A stretch of DNA of 64,000 nt from positions 1-64,000 of the IMG/VR virus record IMGVR_UViG_2894097338_000001. One strand, 5' to 3'. Below the pieces are notes generated by a model that saw only the letters and a program-made list of their open reading frames with translations, did not search any database and was not told the DNA's origin. This stretch comes from a virus. Taxonomy: Duplodnaviria; Caudoviricetes. Position numbers and translations under genes: made by a program. Below, piece after piece: positions 37,989 through 46,623 of the stretch (position 1 is the stretch's first letter; the number at the start of each line of letters is the position of its first letter).

Positions 37989-39026
37989 TTAGATTTTTTT
38001 TCTTCTTTTCTTTTTCTTTATTTTTTGTTTTAGCTGTTTATTTTTCCAAATTAAATAAAAAACTAAACCAATAAAAGTAATCAGAACTAGTGACAGTATA
38101 ATTGTAGACCACGGTAAACTTTTTTCTTCTTTAGAAGCAACATTTGAATTATTTAATTTGTTTGCTTCTTCTTTTTCTACAGAAAATTGAAGAGTTTCAT
38201 CCCAAACATTATTACCGGACTTTACTTTAATTTGTGCGTTGTAGTCCCCTGCTAAAAATTTTTTATCATTTATTGGGATAACAAATGAAAATAAACTATT
38301 GGGAGCAATTTTTATAGAATTTTGCTCTCCTTTCATAAAGGTTTGTTCTTTATATTTAATATCATAAGTGAGTGTTACATCTTTTATATATGTGGCTGTA
38401 ACATTTTCCATATTGACTTCAATCGCATTACGTTCGTTATTATGAATAGCTTTAGCATCATTAAAAATAATATTTGGTGTAATCTCTTTTGTACTATTAC
38501 TCAGTAAAATAGCAATTTCCCTCGAGAGAATATTACGAATTGTATTTGTTGCCTCAGATTGAGGGATTTCTATTACGTATAAGGCGCCAGCTAAAGTACC
38601 AGAAAATTCATTTTTAGGCATTTTTACGGTTAAAGTTACTTCCTTTTTTTCGCTGGGGGCTAAATTTACCTCTTTATCACTAAGAGTGATTAATTCTTCA
38701 ATGTTGTAAGGAGCGGTTTTTGAATTATCCTTGTTAGCTCCAGAATACTCAACAACACCATTTTGATTAGTTATAGCTTTATTTATTGAAAGGTTTAATT
38801 TGATTTTTTCGTTAGAATTATTTTCTAAGATAACTGTTAAATGTTCTTCTTGCTCGGGTTTTAATAACAAATCAAAATATGATACATCTTTATTAATTTG
38901 ATATTCTGATGGAGCCTTCTTAATATCGAATTTGTTAAGAACATTATCTGCTAAAGCTATATTAATTGGAAGGATAAATAAGAGTAATAATAAACCTATC
39001 AATGGGTAACACTTTTTAATGTTCAT
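37989..39026 (-). CDS. DUF916/DUF3324 WxL-interacting membrane protein
   Basis: Signal peptide, SYFDL.L.P, A.TN.NG.VEY, C-terminal TM with basic tail. Confidence 0.9.
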   Translation of the reverse strand: MNIKKCYPLIGLLLLLFILPINIALADNVLNKFDIKKAPSEYQINKDVSYFDLLLKPEQEEHLTVILENNSNEKIKLNLSINKAITNQNGVVEYSGANKDNSKTAPYNIEELITLSDKEVNLAPSEKKEVTLTVKMPKNEFSGTLAGALYVIEIPQSEATNTIRNILSREIAILLSNSTKEITPNIIFNDAKAIHNNERNAIEVNMENVTATYIKDVTLTYDIKYKEQTFMKGEQNSIKIAPNSLFSFVIPINDKKFLAGDYNAQIKVKSGNNVWDETLQFSVEKEEANKLNNSNVASKEEKSLPWSTIILSLVLITFIGLVFYLIWKNKQLKQKIKKKKRRKKI

Positions 39027-39064
39027 AAGATTACACCAAATCCTTTTTATATTTTAATTGTTGA

Positions 39065-39796
39065 TTAAGGTGTTTCAGAAACAACCCAGTTAATATCGGC
39101 AGTATATAAAGCTGTTTCTTTTACAGTATTTGCAGGGATTTCCAACTCAAATTTATCTAGTTTGAGTTTGGTCATTCCTGCACCATTGCCAGCAGAAGCT
39201 GTTAAAAGACTTACTTCTTGGTTAGTTGGTGCAATATTTACAATAGAATTAGGAACACTAATACCTGTTGTAGAAATATTGTTCCATAAGTCACCAGTAG
39301 TAATAGATAATAATGTAGAACCTAAATTTTTTGTAGGAGTAGCAGCTATTGCAAATGGTTTCTCTTGTTTAACTTTAACTTCCCAGTTACCTTCTTCAGT
39401 ACGATTATCTTCAACAAGTAAAGCGCTCACTGTTTGACTAGCTGAATTGTAAGCAGCTGACAACTCATCAAAATCGGTTAATCCTGTCGTATCTACATTT
39501 TTAGCAATCCATTTTTCTTTAGCTGTCGTTTGATTGATATGATATCCGAAGTTTAAATTTTTAGGTAAACGACTGTTCATATTTCCACCAGGTTGTTCAA
39601 CTTCTGGTAGCCCAGTCTCAGGATCGATAGGTTTTGTAGGATCTGTTGGGTCGACAGGGTTAGGATCGATAGTTAAGGCCCCTGTTCCGTACTCAATCTT
39701 ACCTTCAGTATTTGCATTTTGAGCTGCCAATGTAGTAGAACTAAATAGGATACATCCACTTAATAATCCTGTTATTAATAAAATTCTTTTTTTCAT
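39065..39796 (-). CDS. Small WxL-domain surface protein
   Basis: Signal peptide, NLNFG, V.DNR...W.V.V.Q, YTADINWVVSETP end. Confidence 0.9.
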   Translation of the reverse strand: MKKRILLITGLLSGCILFSSTTLAAQNANTEGKIEYGTGALTIDPNPVDPTDPTKPIDPETGLPEVEQPGGNMNSRLPKNLNFGYHINQTTAKEKWIAKNVDTTGLTDFDELSAAYNSASQTVSALLVEDNRTEEGNWEVKVKQEKPFAIAATPTKNLGSTLLSITTGDLWNNISTTGISVPNSIVNIAPTNQEVSLLTASAGNGAGMTKLKLDKFELEIPANTVKETALYTADINWVVSETP

Positions 39797-40101
39797 TTTA
39801 AATTCCTCCTTAATTGGTATATAGCATAAAAAAATAGTAAAAAGCCAATCAACGACATGCTATAATTAATAGTGTCATTTGTTTGAAGTAACCTTTGTTT
39901 GTTTTTATTTACATCAGAAGTAATTATTGTTTTTGGAAATGATGAGATAGTATCTTCTTTTTCCTCTACCGGTGGTACAAGTGGCTTGCTTTCTTCTGTA
40001 TTTCCCTCAAAAAATTGAATTTGCCCTTCAGTTGTAGTTGCTTCTAATTTTAGAGGGAATAAGAAGATTAATAAGATGATAAATAGATAATTTTTCTTCA
40101 T
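39793..40101 (-). CDS. Small LPXTG-like anchored protein of WxL cluster
   Basis: Signal peptide, LLQTND sorting-like motif, TM, basic tail. Confidence 0.75.
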   Translation of the reverse strand: MKKNYLFIILLIFLFPLKLEATTTEGQIQFFEGNTEESKPLVPPVEEKEDTISSFPKTIITSDVNKNKQRLLQTNDTINYSMSLIGFLLFFYAIYQLRRNLK

Positions 40102-40112
40102 AAACTCCCCTC

Positions 40113-41537
40113 CTAAGGTCCATTAGATGCAGTCCAAATAAATTGTGCTTGATAGACACCTTCGTCTTTCTTTAGATTTTTAGGTATAAATAGTTTGAAT
40201 GTTTTAATATCAAATTGTAGAGAACCTCTTCTATCTAAAGTGTTTAACTCGAGTAGTACTTTTTCGTTTTGATCTGTAATTTCTAAGTAATCCGCAGTGT
40301 TTGTAAATGGGTAATTAATGTCTGTGTCTTCAAATCCTGTATATGTTAGCTCACCCCCATATAATTTTAAAATAGAATTTTGTAAAGCAGATTGTTGATT
40401 TTTCCAATTAGATGTTTGTTTTACTTTGATTTGCCAGTTCTTTTCCCCAGACGTCGTATCTGTTAATGAAATTTTTCCTGTTGTAGGGGCGTCTTCTTGT
40501 TCACCTGTACTAGTTGCTATCCATTCCTCGTTATTGAGTGTTTGAATAGTATGTTTTCCAAAATTTAAATTAGTAGGTAAGGCCATGTCAGAATAACTTT
40601 CTTGTTTAAGTGCTTTTAAATATATTGAGCTAAGACTGTTTGAATCTTTAAAAACATCCAATTCAATGACTTCAGTTTGTACAATATGCATATGGAAGTC
40701 TTTTTTTGATATACCGTTAATATCTCCATAAATATCATGTTGAGGTTTATTTATGGTTGTTGGGAATACAACTTCTGTATTACTTAAAATAGAAGCATTA
40801 GCTAGGCTATCTAGCAATTCCGCAGATGGATTAGCAAGTGCATTTGATAAGTTATTTATTGCTGTTGTAAGGGGGCCAATTAACGCTCCTATTAAAATAT
40901 TTCCAGATAGTCCTTTTAAAATGTTTTGTAGCTCAACTACAACACCTTGTAAATTATGAATAATGGCTGATACAAGTCCTGTTTCATAGTCAATTAATAA
41001 ATATGAACCATGATTTAAAATATCAGCTGTATATGAAAGTCTGCCTAAATTAAACAGCCTATCAAGTAAAGCGGAAATTTGTTTAGAGATTGGAAGAACC
41101 AACCCTAAGATTCCTAGGATATCTTTTAATAATTTTGAAATAGTCCCCAATAAACCACCAATTACAGGTGCTTTTTCACTTAATAGGACATCGACTTCAA
41201 TTTTTGCTTGTCCATTAGGAGAAACTTCTCCTATTAATTCTTCGGGAATAACTAAAATCACTTGCTTTTGTCCGTTTAGTATATTTACATCAGTAAGTGC
41301 TTGGCCAGTGACCTTAAAATCAACATTTTTTTTATTTGAAATTGGATCAAAAATGAGTGGTGCTTGGTAAGTAGAATTTGAATTATTTGTACTAACCTGA
41401 TTAGTAAATAGTTCAATACCGATTAAAGACGTTTGCGCATAAGAAATACTTGACAGTAAAAAAATATTTGAAATTAGCAATAACAAGAATACAACAACAA
41501 TTTTTTTCTTTTTTTCATCTGATAAAAGTGTTATCAC
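40113..41537 (-). CDS. Large WxL-domain protein with putative adhesive domain
   Basis: Signal peptide, Leu-rich central domain, NLNFG ... YQAQFIWTASNGP end; AGGAGGTGA RBS. Confidence 0.85.
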   Translation of the reverse strand: MITLLSDEKKKKIVVVFLLLLISNIFLLSSISYAQTSLIGIELFTNQVSTNNSNSTYQAPLIFDPISNKKNVDFKVTGQALTDVNILNGQKQVILVIPEELIGEVSPNGQAKIEVDVLLSEKAPVIGGLLGTISKLLKDILGILGLVLPISKQISALLDRLFNLGRLSYTADILNHGSYLLIDYETGLVSAIIHNLQGVVVELQNILKGLSGNILIGALIGPLTTAINNLSNALANPSAELLDSLANASILSNTEVVFPTTINKPQHDIYGDINGISKKDFHMHIVQTEVIELDVFKDSNSLSSIYLKALKQESYSDMALPTNLNFGKHTIQTLNNEEWIATSTGEQEDAPTTGKISLTDTTSGEKNWQIKVKQTSNWKNQQSALQNSILKLYGGELTYTGFEDTDINYPFTNTADYLEITDQNEKVLLELNTLDRRGSLQFDIKTFKLFIPKNLKKDEGVYQAQFIWTASNGP

Positions 41538-41924
41538 AAAGTTCTCACCTCCTTTTGAATAAACTGTATTTTAAGGATAGAATAACATCATATATCGAAT
41601 AAATCAACACAATAATAAAATAAGTGGATAAAGTATAGTTGTGATAGAGCTTGAACCAGACTTCCTTATAGAGGTTACACGATTGAATGTGTTTTGCATC
41701 AGAAAGCCTCCCCTCTAAATATAGGCGGTTATGAATGAGCATATCTATATTAAATACCTCCGTTAGTTATATTATATCATAATATTAAGTAATAAAAAGA
41801 TAAGGCATCGTGTATAAGACCTTATCTAAAATATTAAATATTAATCAGCTTACTTATTATTAGAGCTATGAATAATATACCCTGTATAACAAAGAATGCC
41901 TTTAGGAGCGATTTATAATCTAGA

Positions 41925-42623
41925 TTAATCATTATATTTCTGTAGCTCTGCAACGAAAGCCTCCTCAGACTTTCCTCCATAATCTAATCCAAGTTCGTCA
42001 ACAACATAGCTGCTATAGAAGTTATCTTTATTTAATTTAGTCCAGGACGCTCTATTTCTATCTAAATCCTTCTGATTAAGTCTAGCCATGTGGTAGAAGT
42101 TGTCTCCTCCAGCGTATAGCTGCATATAATCTCTTTTCCCTCCAGTTGTAAGTTTAGCAAATCCCTGCTCTTTGGAAACAGAAACTCTATCTTTAACTAG
42201 ATCTCCATATTTAATAACGTGCAGAGAAGGCTCTAGTTCATCAGATCCTACAATCGTAAACTCTGCGTGGAATCCAGATCCGTCTAGAGAATCTGCTATA
42301 GTTGACTCTCCGTCTGGTTTAAATTCAATCCTTCTAGATTTAATAATTATATCATCTTCCAGTATAGAAGATATGTGGTAGATCTTTACCTCATCATCGC
42401 TTTTGCTAGCACCAATCCAGTACCCAGCCATATTATCTATGTCAATTTTTTCTGCATTGGCCTTCTCCTGGTTAATCTTATTCATTGTCTCTGTATACTT
42501 ACCATCAATGCTCTTTCTGGCTGCTTCGACCTTGTTGATTTTAATAGCAGAGAAGGCCACTACAGCTATTAATGACAAACTTAATACTATTAATGCAATG
42601 TCTTTAATTTTAATGTTTTTCAT
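41925..42623 (-). CDS. Membrane-anchored extracellular protein, function unknown
   Basis: ATG at 42623 (MKNIKIKDIALIVLSLS..), N-terminal TM, short coiled coil, own promoter. Confidence 0.7.
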   Translation of the reverse strand: MKNIKIKDIALIVLSLSLIAVVAFSAIKINKVEAARKSIDGKYTETMNKINQEKANAEKIDIDNMAGYWIGASKSDDEVKIYHISSILEDDIIIKSRRIEFKPDGESTIADSLDGSGFHAEFTIVGSDELEPSLHVIKYGDLVKDRVSVSKEQGFAKLTTGGKRDYMQLYAGGDNFYHMARLNQKDLDRNRASWTKLNKDNFYSSYVVDELGLDYGGKSEEAFVAELQKYND

Positions 42624-42657
42624 ACCATCCCTCTTTCCTGTTATATATCTTAATTCA

Positions 42658-42687
42658 ATTATATTAAAAACCATAAGTATTGTCAAC
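42658..42687 (-). promoter_or_regulatory. Consensus sigma-A promoter with 17-bp element in reverse orientation
   Basis: TTGACA-ATACTTATGGTTTTTAA-TATAAT on - strand. Confidence 0.85.
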
Positions 42688-42712
42688 AAACCTATATACT
42701 TTTAGGTAAAAT

Positions 42713-42736
42713 AAAAACTCCCTATAAAGGGAGTTA
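42713..42736 (-). terminator. Terminator of early operon
   Basis: AACTCCCT-ATAA-AGGGAGTT with A run on + strand. Confidence 0.7.
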
Positions 42737-42740
42737 ATAA

Positions 42741-42989
42741 TTAAAAGCTAGCAGCTATTTTTCTAAGCTTATCTGGGCTAAAACCTTGGAATGCCTCAAA
42801 GCCAGGTGCATCAATTACAGGAACTCCTTTGAACCCCATAACCTCTTTAACCATTCTCAAAGCTTTCTCATCTTGATCAACGTAGATAAAATCAATTTTA
42901 TCCATGTCGAAATTCATTCCCTTTAAAACCATGATAGACATTTTGCATTGACGGCAGTTGTCTTTTGTGTAAAATTTAATCTTTTCCAA
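42741..42989 (-). CDS. nrdH: NrdH-like glutaredoxin
   Basis: YTK.NCRQC, G...VPVI, GF.PDKL. Confidence 0.85.
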   Translation of the reverse strand: MEKIKFYTKDNCRQCKMSIMVLKGMNFDMDKIDFIYVDQDEKALRMVKEVMGFKGVPVIDAPGFEAFQGFSPDKLRKIAASF

Positions 42990-43022
42990 TTAATAAAAAC
43001 CTCTTTTCATTATTTTATTGTT

Positions 43023-43982
43023 TTAAAATCCTAGTGGCCATTGTTGACCTTTTCCGCCTGCAGCTCTTGCGTGTCCTCCACCATTAAAGTTTTGAGCAAT
43101 TACGCTACAGTCAACATCTTCTTTAACACTTCTAAATGATAGCTTTACACCATTTCTAATTACGGCAAAGTCAATCAGCTCTCCAGTTGATGGATGTGTT
43201 AAATATAAACACATATGATTTCCTAGTTCACTGTGATATTGCTCTCCGTCAACAATTGCGAAGTGCATAGGTTTTCCTACAGTGAACATCGTATCAAAAT
43301 GAGCAATTTTCATTTTACTGTCGATGTATCGATCTTTTTTCTCCTGGTCGAGAACGAGTAAAAGCTTCTCAGATTCAGTAAAATTAAGATCCATATTGTT
43401 TGATAGGCGTTCAATGAATCTATCACGGCCAATCATCCAGAATAAATCATTCCATTGACCTGCGTGACCTTTAAACATATCATGTTCATTGTTTCGCCAA
43501 TCCCAAGTATCATATGATCTTACCATTTCTGATAGCATGAAGACTGAATAGTCTAACAGTCCTGCTTTAGAGAAATCCTTATAAACAAGTGATGTGCCAG
43601 ACATCTTTGAACCCTCATACTCCACCTTAATAATAAATCGAGGATCAACGTCAGTTAAAAACTCTGCAGTTTTATGGTGATCGTAACATTTAAAGTCAAT
43701 GTTATAAGCGTCTACCATTTTTACGATTTTTAAAGCAAGAGATCTGCTAGTTGGAGCAAGATCCATGATGTACATTCCATAAAATTCATGGTTTTCTGTA
43801 AGACTATCTAGAAATTCATAAATTTTGTCATCAATATTTCCATATTTACCAGTGTCGCAATACTCAATCTCATAATCGAACTCTCGACAATGCTTCTCAT
43901 TCATTAATCGTTTAAACACTTCTGGAGAAGCAACCCCATCTAAATCGACGTGCGTGAAAATCTTAATTTTATTTTTGTCCAT
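43023..43982 (-). CDS. DHH/DHHA1 phosphoesterase
   Basis: THVDLDG, DHHKT, YDTWDW, SFRS, GGGHARAAG. Confidence 0.9.
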   Translation of the reverse strand: MDKNKIKIFTHVDLDGVASPEVFKRLMNEKHCREFDYEIEYCDTGKYGNIDDKIYEFLDSLTENHEFYGMYIMDLAPTSRSLALKIVKMVDAYNIDFKCYDHHKTAEFLTDVDPRFIIKVEYEGSKMSGTSLVYKDFSKAGLLDYSVFMLSEMVRSYDTWDWRNNEHDMFKGHAGQWNDLFWMIGRDRFIERLSNNMDLNFTESEKLLLVLDQEKKDRYIDSKMKIAHFDTMFTVGKPMHFAIVDGEQYHSELGNHMCLYLTHPSTGELIDFAVIRNGVKLSFRSVKEDVDCSVIAQNFNGGGHARAAGGKGQQWPLGF

Positions 43983-44004
43983 TTTTTACCATCCCTTTAA
44001 ATTA

Positions 44005-44651
44005 TTATAAATTTCCAATTTCTTTTAATTTATCTTTGATTTGATTCATTACGTCTTCTGCAGCTTTAGGATCTTCTACAAAATCAAATTTATCTCCATC
44101 GATTTGAATCTTAGGACATACGTCAAAATCCTCAAACCATTTCTCATAACGATGATTTAATTCTTTGTAATAGTCGTATAATGAAGGATCATTTTGATTT
44201 GCTCAAAGTCGCGGCCACGTTTTTCAATTCGTTTTAACATTGTGTCAAACGATACTTTGATATGCACCAGCAAGTCTGGTTTTTTCTTGTATTTAAGGCC
44301 GTCAATTTCTTCAAGCATATTTGCCAAAAGATCATCATAAACCTTAACTTCGATATCATTAGCTCGTCCGAGATCGGCATTTAGATGAAATAGAAGACTG
44401 TCCTCGTAAATTGATCTATCTAATACATTGTTGTCGTGTGCCAAAGCTGTTTTAATGCTATCAAACCTCTTGTTTAAGAAGTAAATTTGTAATAGAAAAG
44501 CATATTTTTGTGGATCATCATAGAATAAAGGTAGTACCTCATTATCATCTACGCTTTCATAAAACACCTTTGTACCTAACTCCTCCGACATAATTCCTGC
44601 TAATGTACTCTTTCCAGCACCTATGCTACCCGCTAATACTAACACTGACAT
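44005..44651 (-). pseudogene. Deoxynucleoside kinase, frameshifted near 44192
   Basis: GSIGAGKST, LDRSIYED, RIEKRGRDFEQ; expected C-terminus (DPSLYDYYKEL..YEKWF..IDGDKFDFVED) continues in another frame to stop at 44005. Confidence 0.85.
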
Positions 44652-44692
44652 TCCATCCTCTCATTTCTCCATTTTTCTATAGTTGTAAATAC

Positions 44693-45025
44693 TTATGGTC
44701 TGTTTTTGTTTGGTTCCACCTGTAAGACAAGATCAATATAGTTTTTAATCTTGCGATAGTCACTTGTTGGATCAACTTCATCTTCAAATGTAAAATCTAA
44801 ACCAGTTTCTCCGCTTCTGATTGAATAATTTGATGTGTTAAACTCTTTTTCGGCAAAGATTGAAAAATGCTCGATTCCTTGATTATCTCCTGGTGCGACG
44901 TAAACCGCTCCGTTATCTGATACAAAAGCAACCATAGGAATTTCTTTCTGTTTTTTAACTTCACCTGGACACTTGTCTTTAAACCAATCCCATGACAGGA
45001 TTCCATAAACTTTTGTTGTCTTCAT
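44693..45025 (-). CDS. Hypothetical protein
   Basis: ATG 45025 (MKTTKVYG..); stop lies within 17-bp element. Confidence 0.6.
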   Translation of the reverse strand: MKTTKVYGILSWDWFKDKCPGEVKKQKEIPMVAFVSDNGAVYVAPGDNQGIEHFSIFAEKEFNTSNYSIRSGETGLDFTFEDEVDPTSDYRKIKNYIDLVLQVEPNKNRP

Positions 45026-45029
45026 ACTT

Positions 45030-45617
45030 TTACTTACCCTTCTTTTTAGTGTATTTTTCACACGTTTTGCTTCCAATGTTAAAGTCGATATTAGCCCTTC
45101 CATCTGTCGCATCCTTTAACACCTTGCATTTCCCTTCTCTAAAGAACCTGCAGGATGAACAATTTGAATTAATAAACTCTTCTCGTTGTTTTTTACTGTC
45201 GAAGAGGCCAACGTATTGAACCCTTCTCAAGACAAAATCGAACCCTGGATTGTCTTTATCGATCCATGCTCGATGTGTCCTTGCGTGAATATTAGAGTCG
45301 TCTTCGTATAAGTATCCGCTGAGAGCGTCCATTAATACTTTGTAATAGTTATTCGTATCTTCTCCAGCGCGCTCCAGTCTAAACCTAAGCTCTAAATACC
45401 AGTGTTGAGTCTTATCAGAAGTTAGATTAATATCCCACCCTTGAGATTTTATCTCCTTCTTAAGCTTATTGCGAAGATACTTTTTAAAGTCTTTAGACTC
45501 TTGTGACTCATACTGTTTAGGATAGCTATGACCACCTTTGGTTTCAACCTTATACTTGAGATAGTTGTTTATTGAAATAGGAAGAGCATCAAGCGACATC
45601 TTAAATTTCTCAGTCAA
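45030..45617 (-). CDS. RusA-like Holliday junction resolvase with Cys-rich tail
   Basis: P.S.NNY, D.NN..K..MDAL..Y.DDS motif. Confidence 0.8.
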   Translation of the reverse strand: MTEKFKMSLDALPISINNYLKYKVETKGGHSYPKQYESQESKDFKKYLRNKLKKEIKSQGWDINLTSDKTQHWYLELRFRLERAGEDTNNYYKVLMDALSGYLYEDDSNIHARTHRAWIDKDNPGFDFVLRRVQYVGLFDSKKQREEFINSNCSSCRFFREGKCKVLKDATDGRANIDFNIGSKTCEKYTKKKGK

Positions 45618-45636
45618 TTAATAGTTCCTCTACATA

Positions 45637-46167
45637 CTAAAAGCATACTTTTAAATATTCCGCTCTTTCCATTCTTGTTAAGTCTTTAAAAAATGCAAAT
45701 GCCTTATCCTTATCGTCAATTTTAATAGAGCTGAAAAGGTCATCGCCATTTGCTTTTCTTCTAACCACGTACGTATCATCTTCTTGAAGTAATTCGATGA
45801 TCAGACCATCTTTAAATCCGATTGCAACCTTGTCTAATACAGTCTCTTTATTTTTATCAAACTCTTTGTTAAAAGATGATATAATCTGAGCGAATAGCAT
45901 CATCGTTTTAGGATTGCTGTCAAATTCAATATCGTTACCGTTAACATCCCTAAAACATAATGGTGGTAGATCTAATAAAATCTGATCTCTATTTAATTTT
46001 CTATCTCTAACTCTTTTTAGGTCTTCTACATTAGCTGAGTATAGAGTTGTTCTCATACATTTTTGAACGTCGTATCTTATATAATCACCATCAACAACTT
46101 TTCCAGTTTGATCTACGATTAAAAAATCTAACTTAACTCCATAGATTGGTTCTAAGATTTTCTCCAT
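45637..46167 (-). CDS. Hypothetical protein
   Basis: AGGAG RBS before MEKILEP. Confidence 0.6.
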   Translation of the reverse strand: MEKILEPIYGVKLDFLIVDQTGKVVDGDYIRYDVQKCMRTTLYSANVEDLKRVRDRKLNRDQILLDLPPLCFRDVNGNDIEFDSNPKTMMLFAQIISSFNKEFDKNKETVLDKVAIGFKDGLIIELLQEDDTYVVRRKANGDDLFSSIKIDDKDKAFAFFKDLTRMERAEYLKVCF

Positions 46168-46181
46168 TATATTTCTCCTTT

Positions 46182-46349
46182 TTATAAGCAAAGATCATCT
46201 TTGATTTTTTTATCCATTTCTCTCAAGTCTGAAATTAACGACTTGTAAAGCATTTTAGCAGAATCTTCGTCCATAAAATCAACTGACTCCAGTGGATGCT
46301 CCATTAATAAATCTTTCATTTCTTCGTTTACTCTTTCTAATTCTCTCAT
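46182..46349 (-). CDS. Small hypothetical protein (55 aa, not in track)
   Basis: AGGAG RBS; MRELERVNEE..DDLCL-stop. Confidence 0.55.
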   Translation of the reverse strand: MRELERVNEEMKDLLMEHPLESVDFMDEDSAKMLYKSLISDLREMDKKIKDDLCL

Positions 46350-46393
46350 CTTTTTCTCTCCTTTTATATTTATAAAATCTCCGTTTTATCATC

Positions 46394-46543
46394 CTACTTA
46401 TAAGGAAGTGCTAGCAATTTTGATCGGCTACCAACTTCCTCAACAGCAGAATTAAAATGTTTCAAATTGATATTATTTTTAACTCGAATACATCCGTTGA
46501 TGTACTCTAAAATTTTGAATGTTGCCATATTTTTAAAATCCAT
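46394..46543 (-). CDS. Small hypothetical protein (49 aa, not in track)
   Basis: AAAGGA RBS; MDFKNMATFK..LPYK-stop; follows promoter at 46587-46617. Confidence 0.45.
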   Translation of the reverse strand: MDFKNMATFKILEYINGCIRVKNNINLKHFNSAVEEVGSRSKLLALPYK

Positions 46544-46623
46544 TCGTGCGTCCTTTCTTTATATCCTCTGTTCATTAATAGAATACCATCCGCCTTATTA
46601 GTTGTCAATACTTATGGTTAATA

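Noticed and set aside
41500-41516. Poly-A tracts at the start of the large WxL gene as a phase-variation switch
   Set aside because: Runs of about 7 nt encoding Lys in a signal peptide are ordinary in AT-rich DNA
41545-41742. 65-aa ORF upstream of the WxL operon
   Set aside because: RBS spacing is long and composition unconvincing; may be leader sequence
41798-41830. Possible second dif site closing the cargo (CGTGTATAA-GACC-TTATCTAAA)
   Set aside because: 4-bp centre and poor arms; better explained by an AGATAAGG/CCTTATCT hairpin
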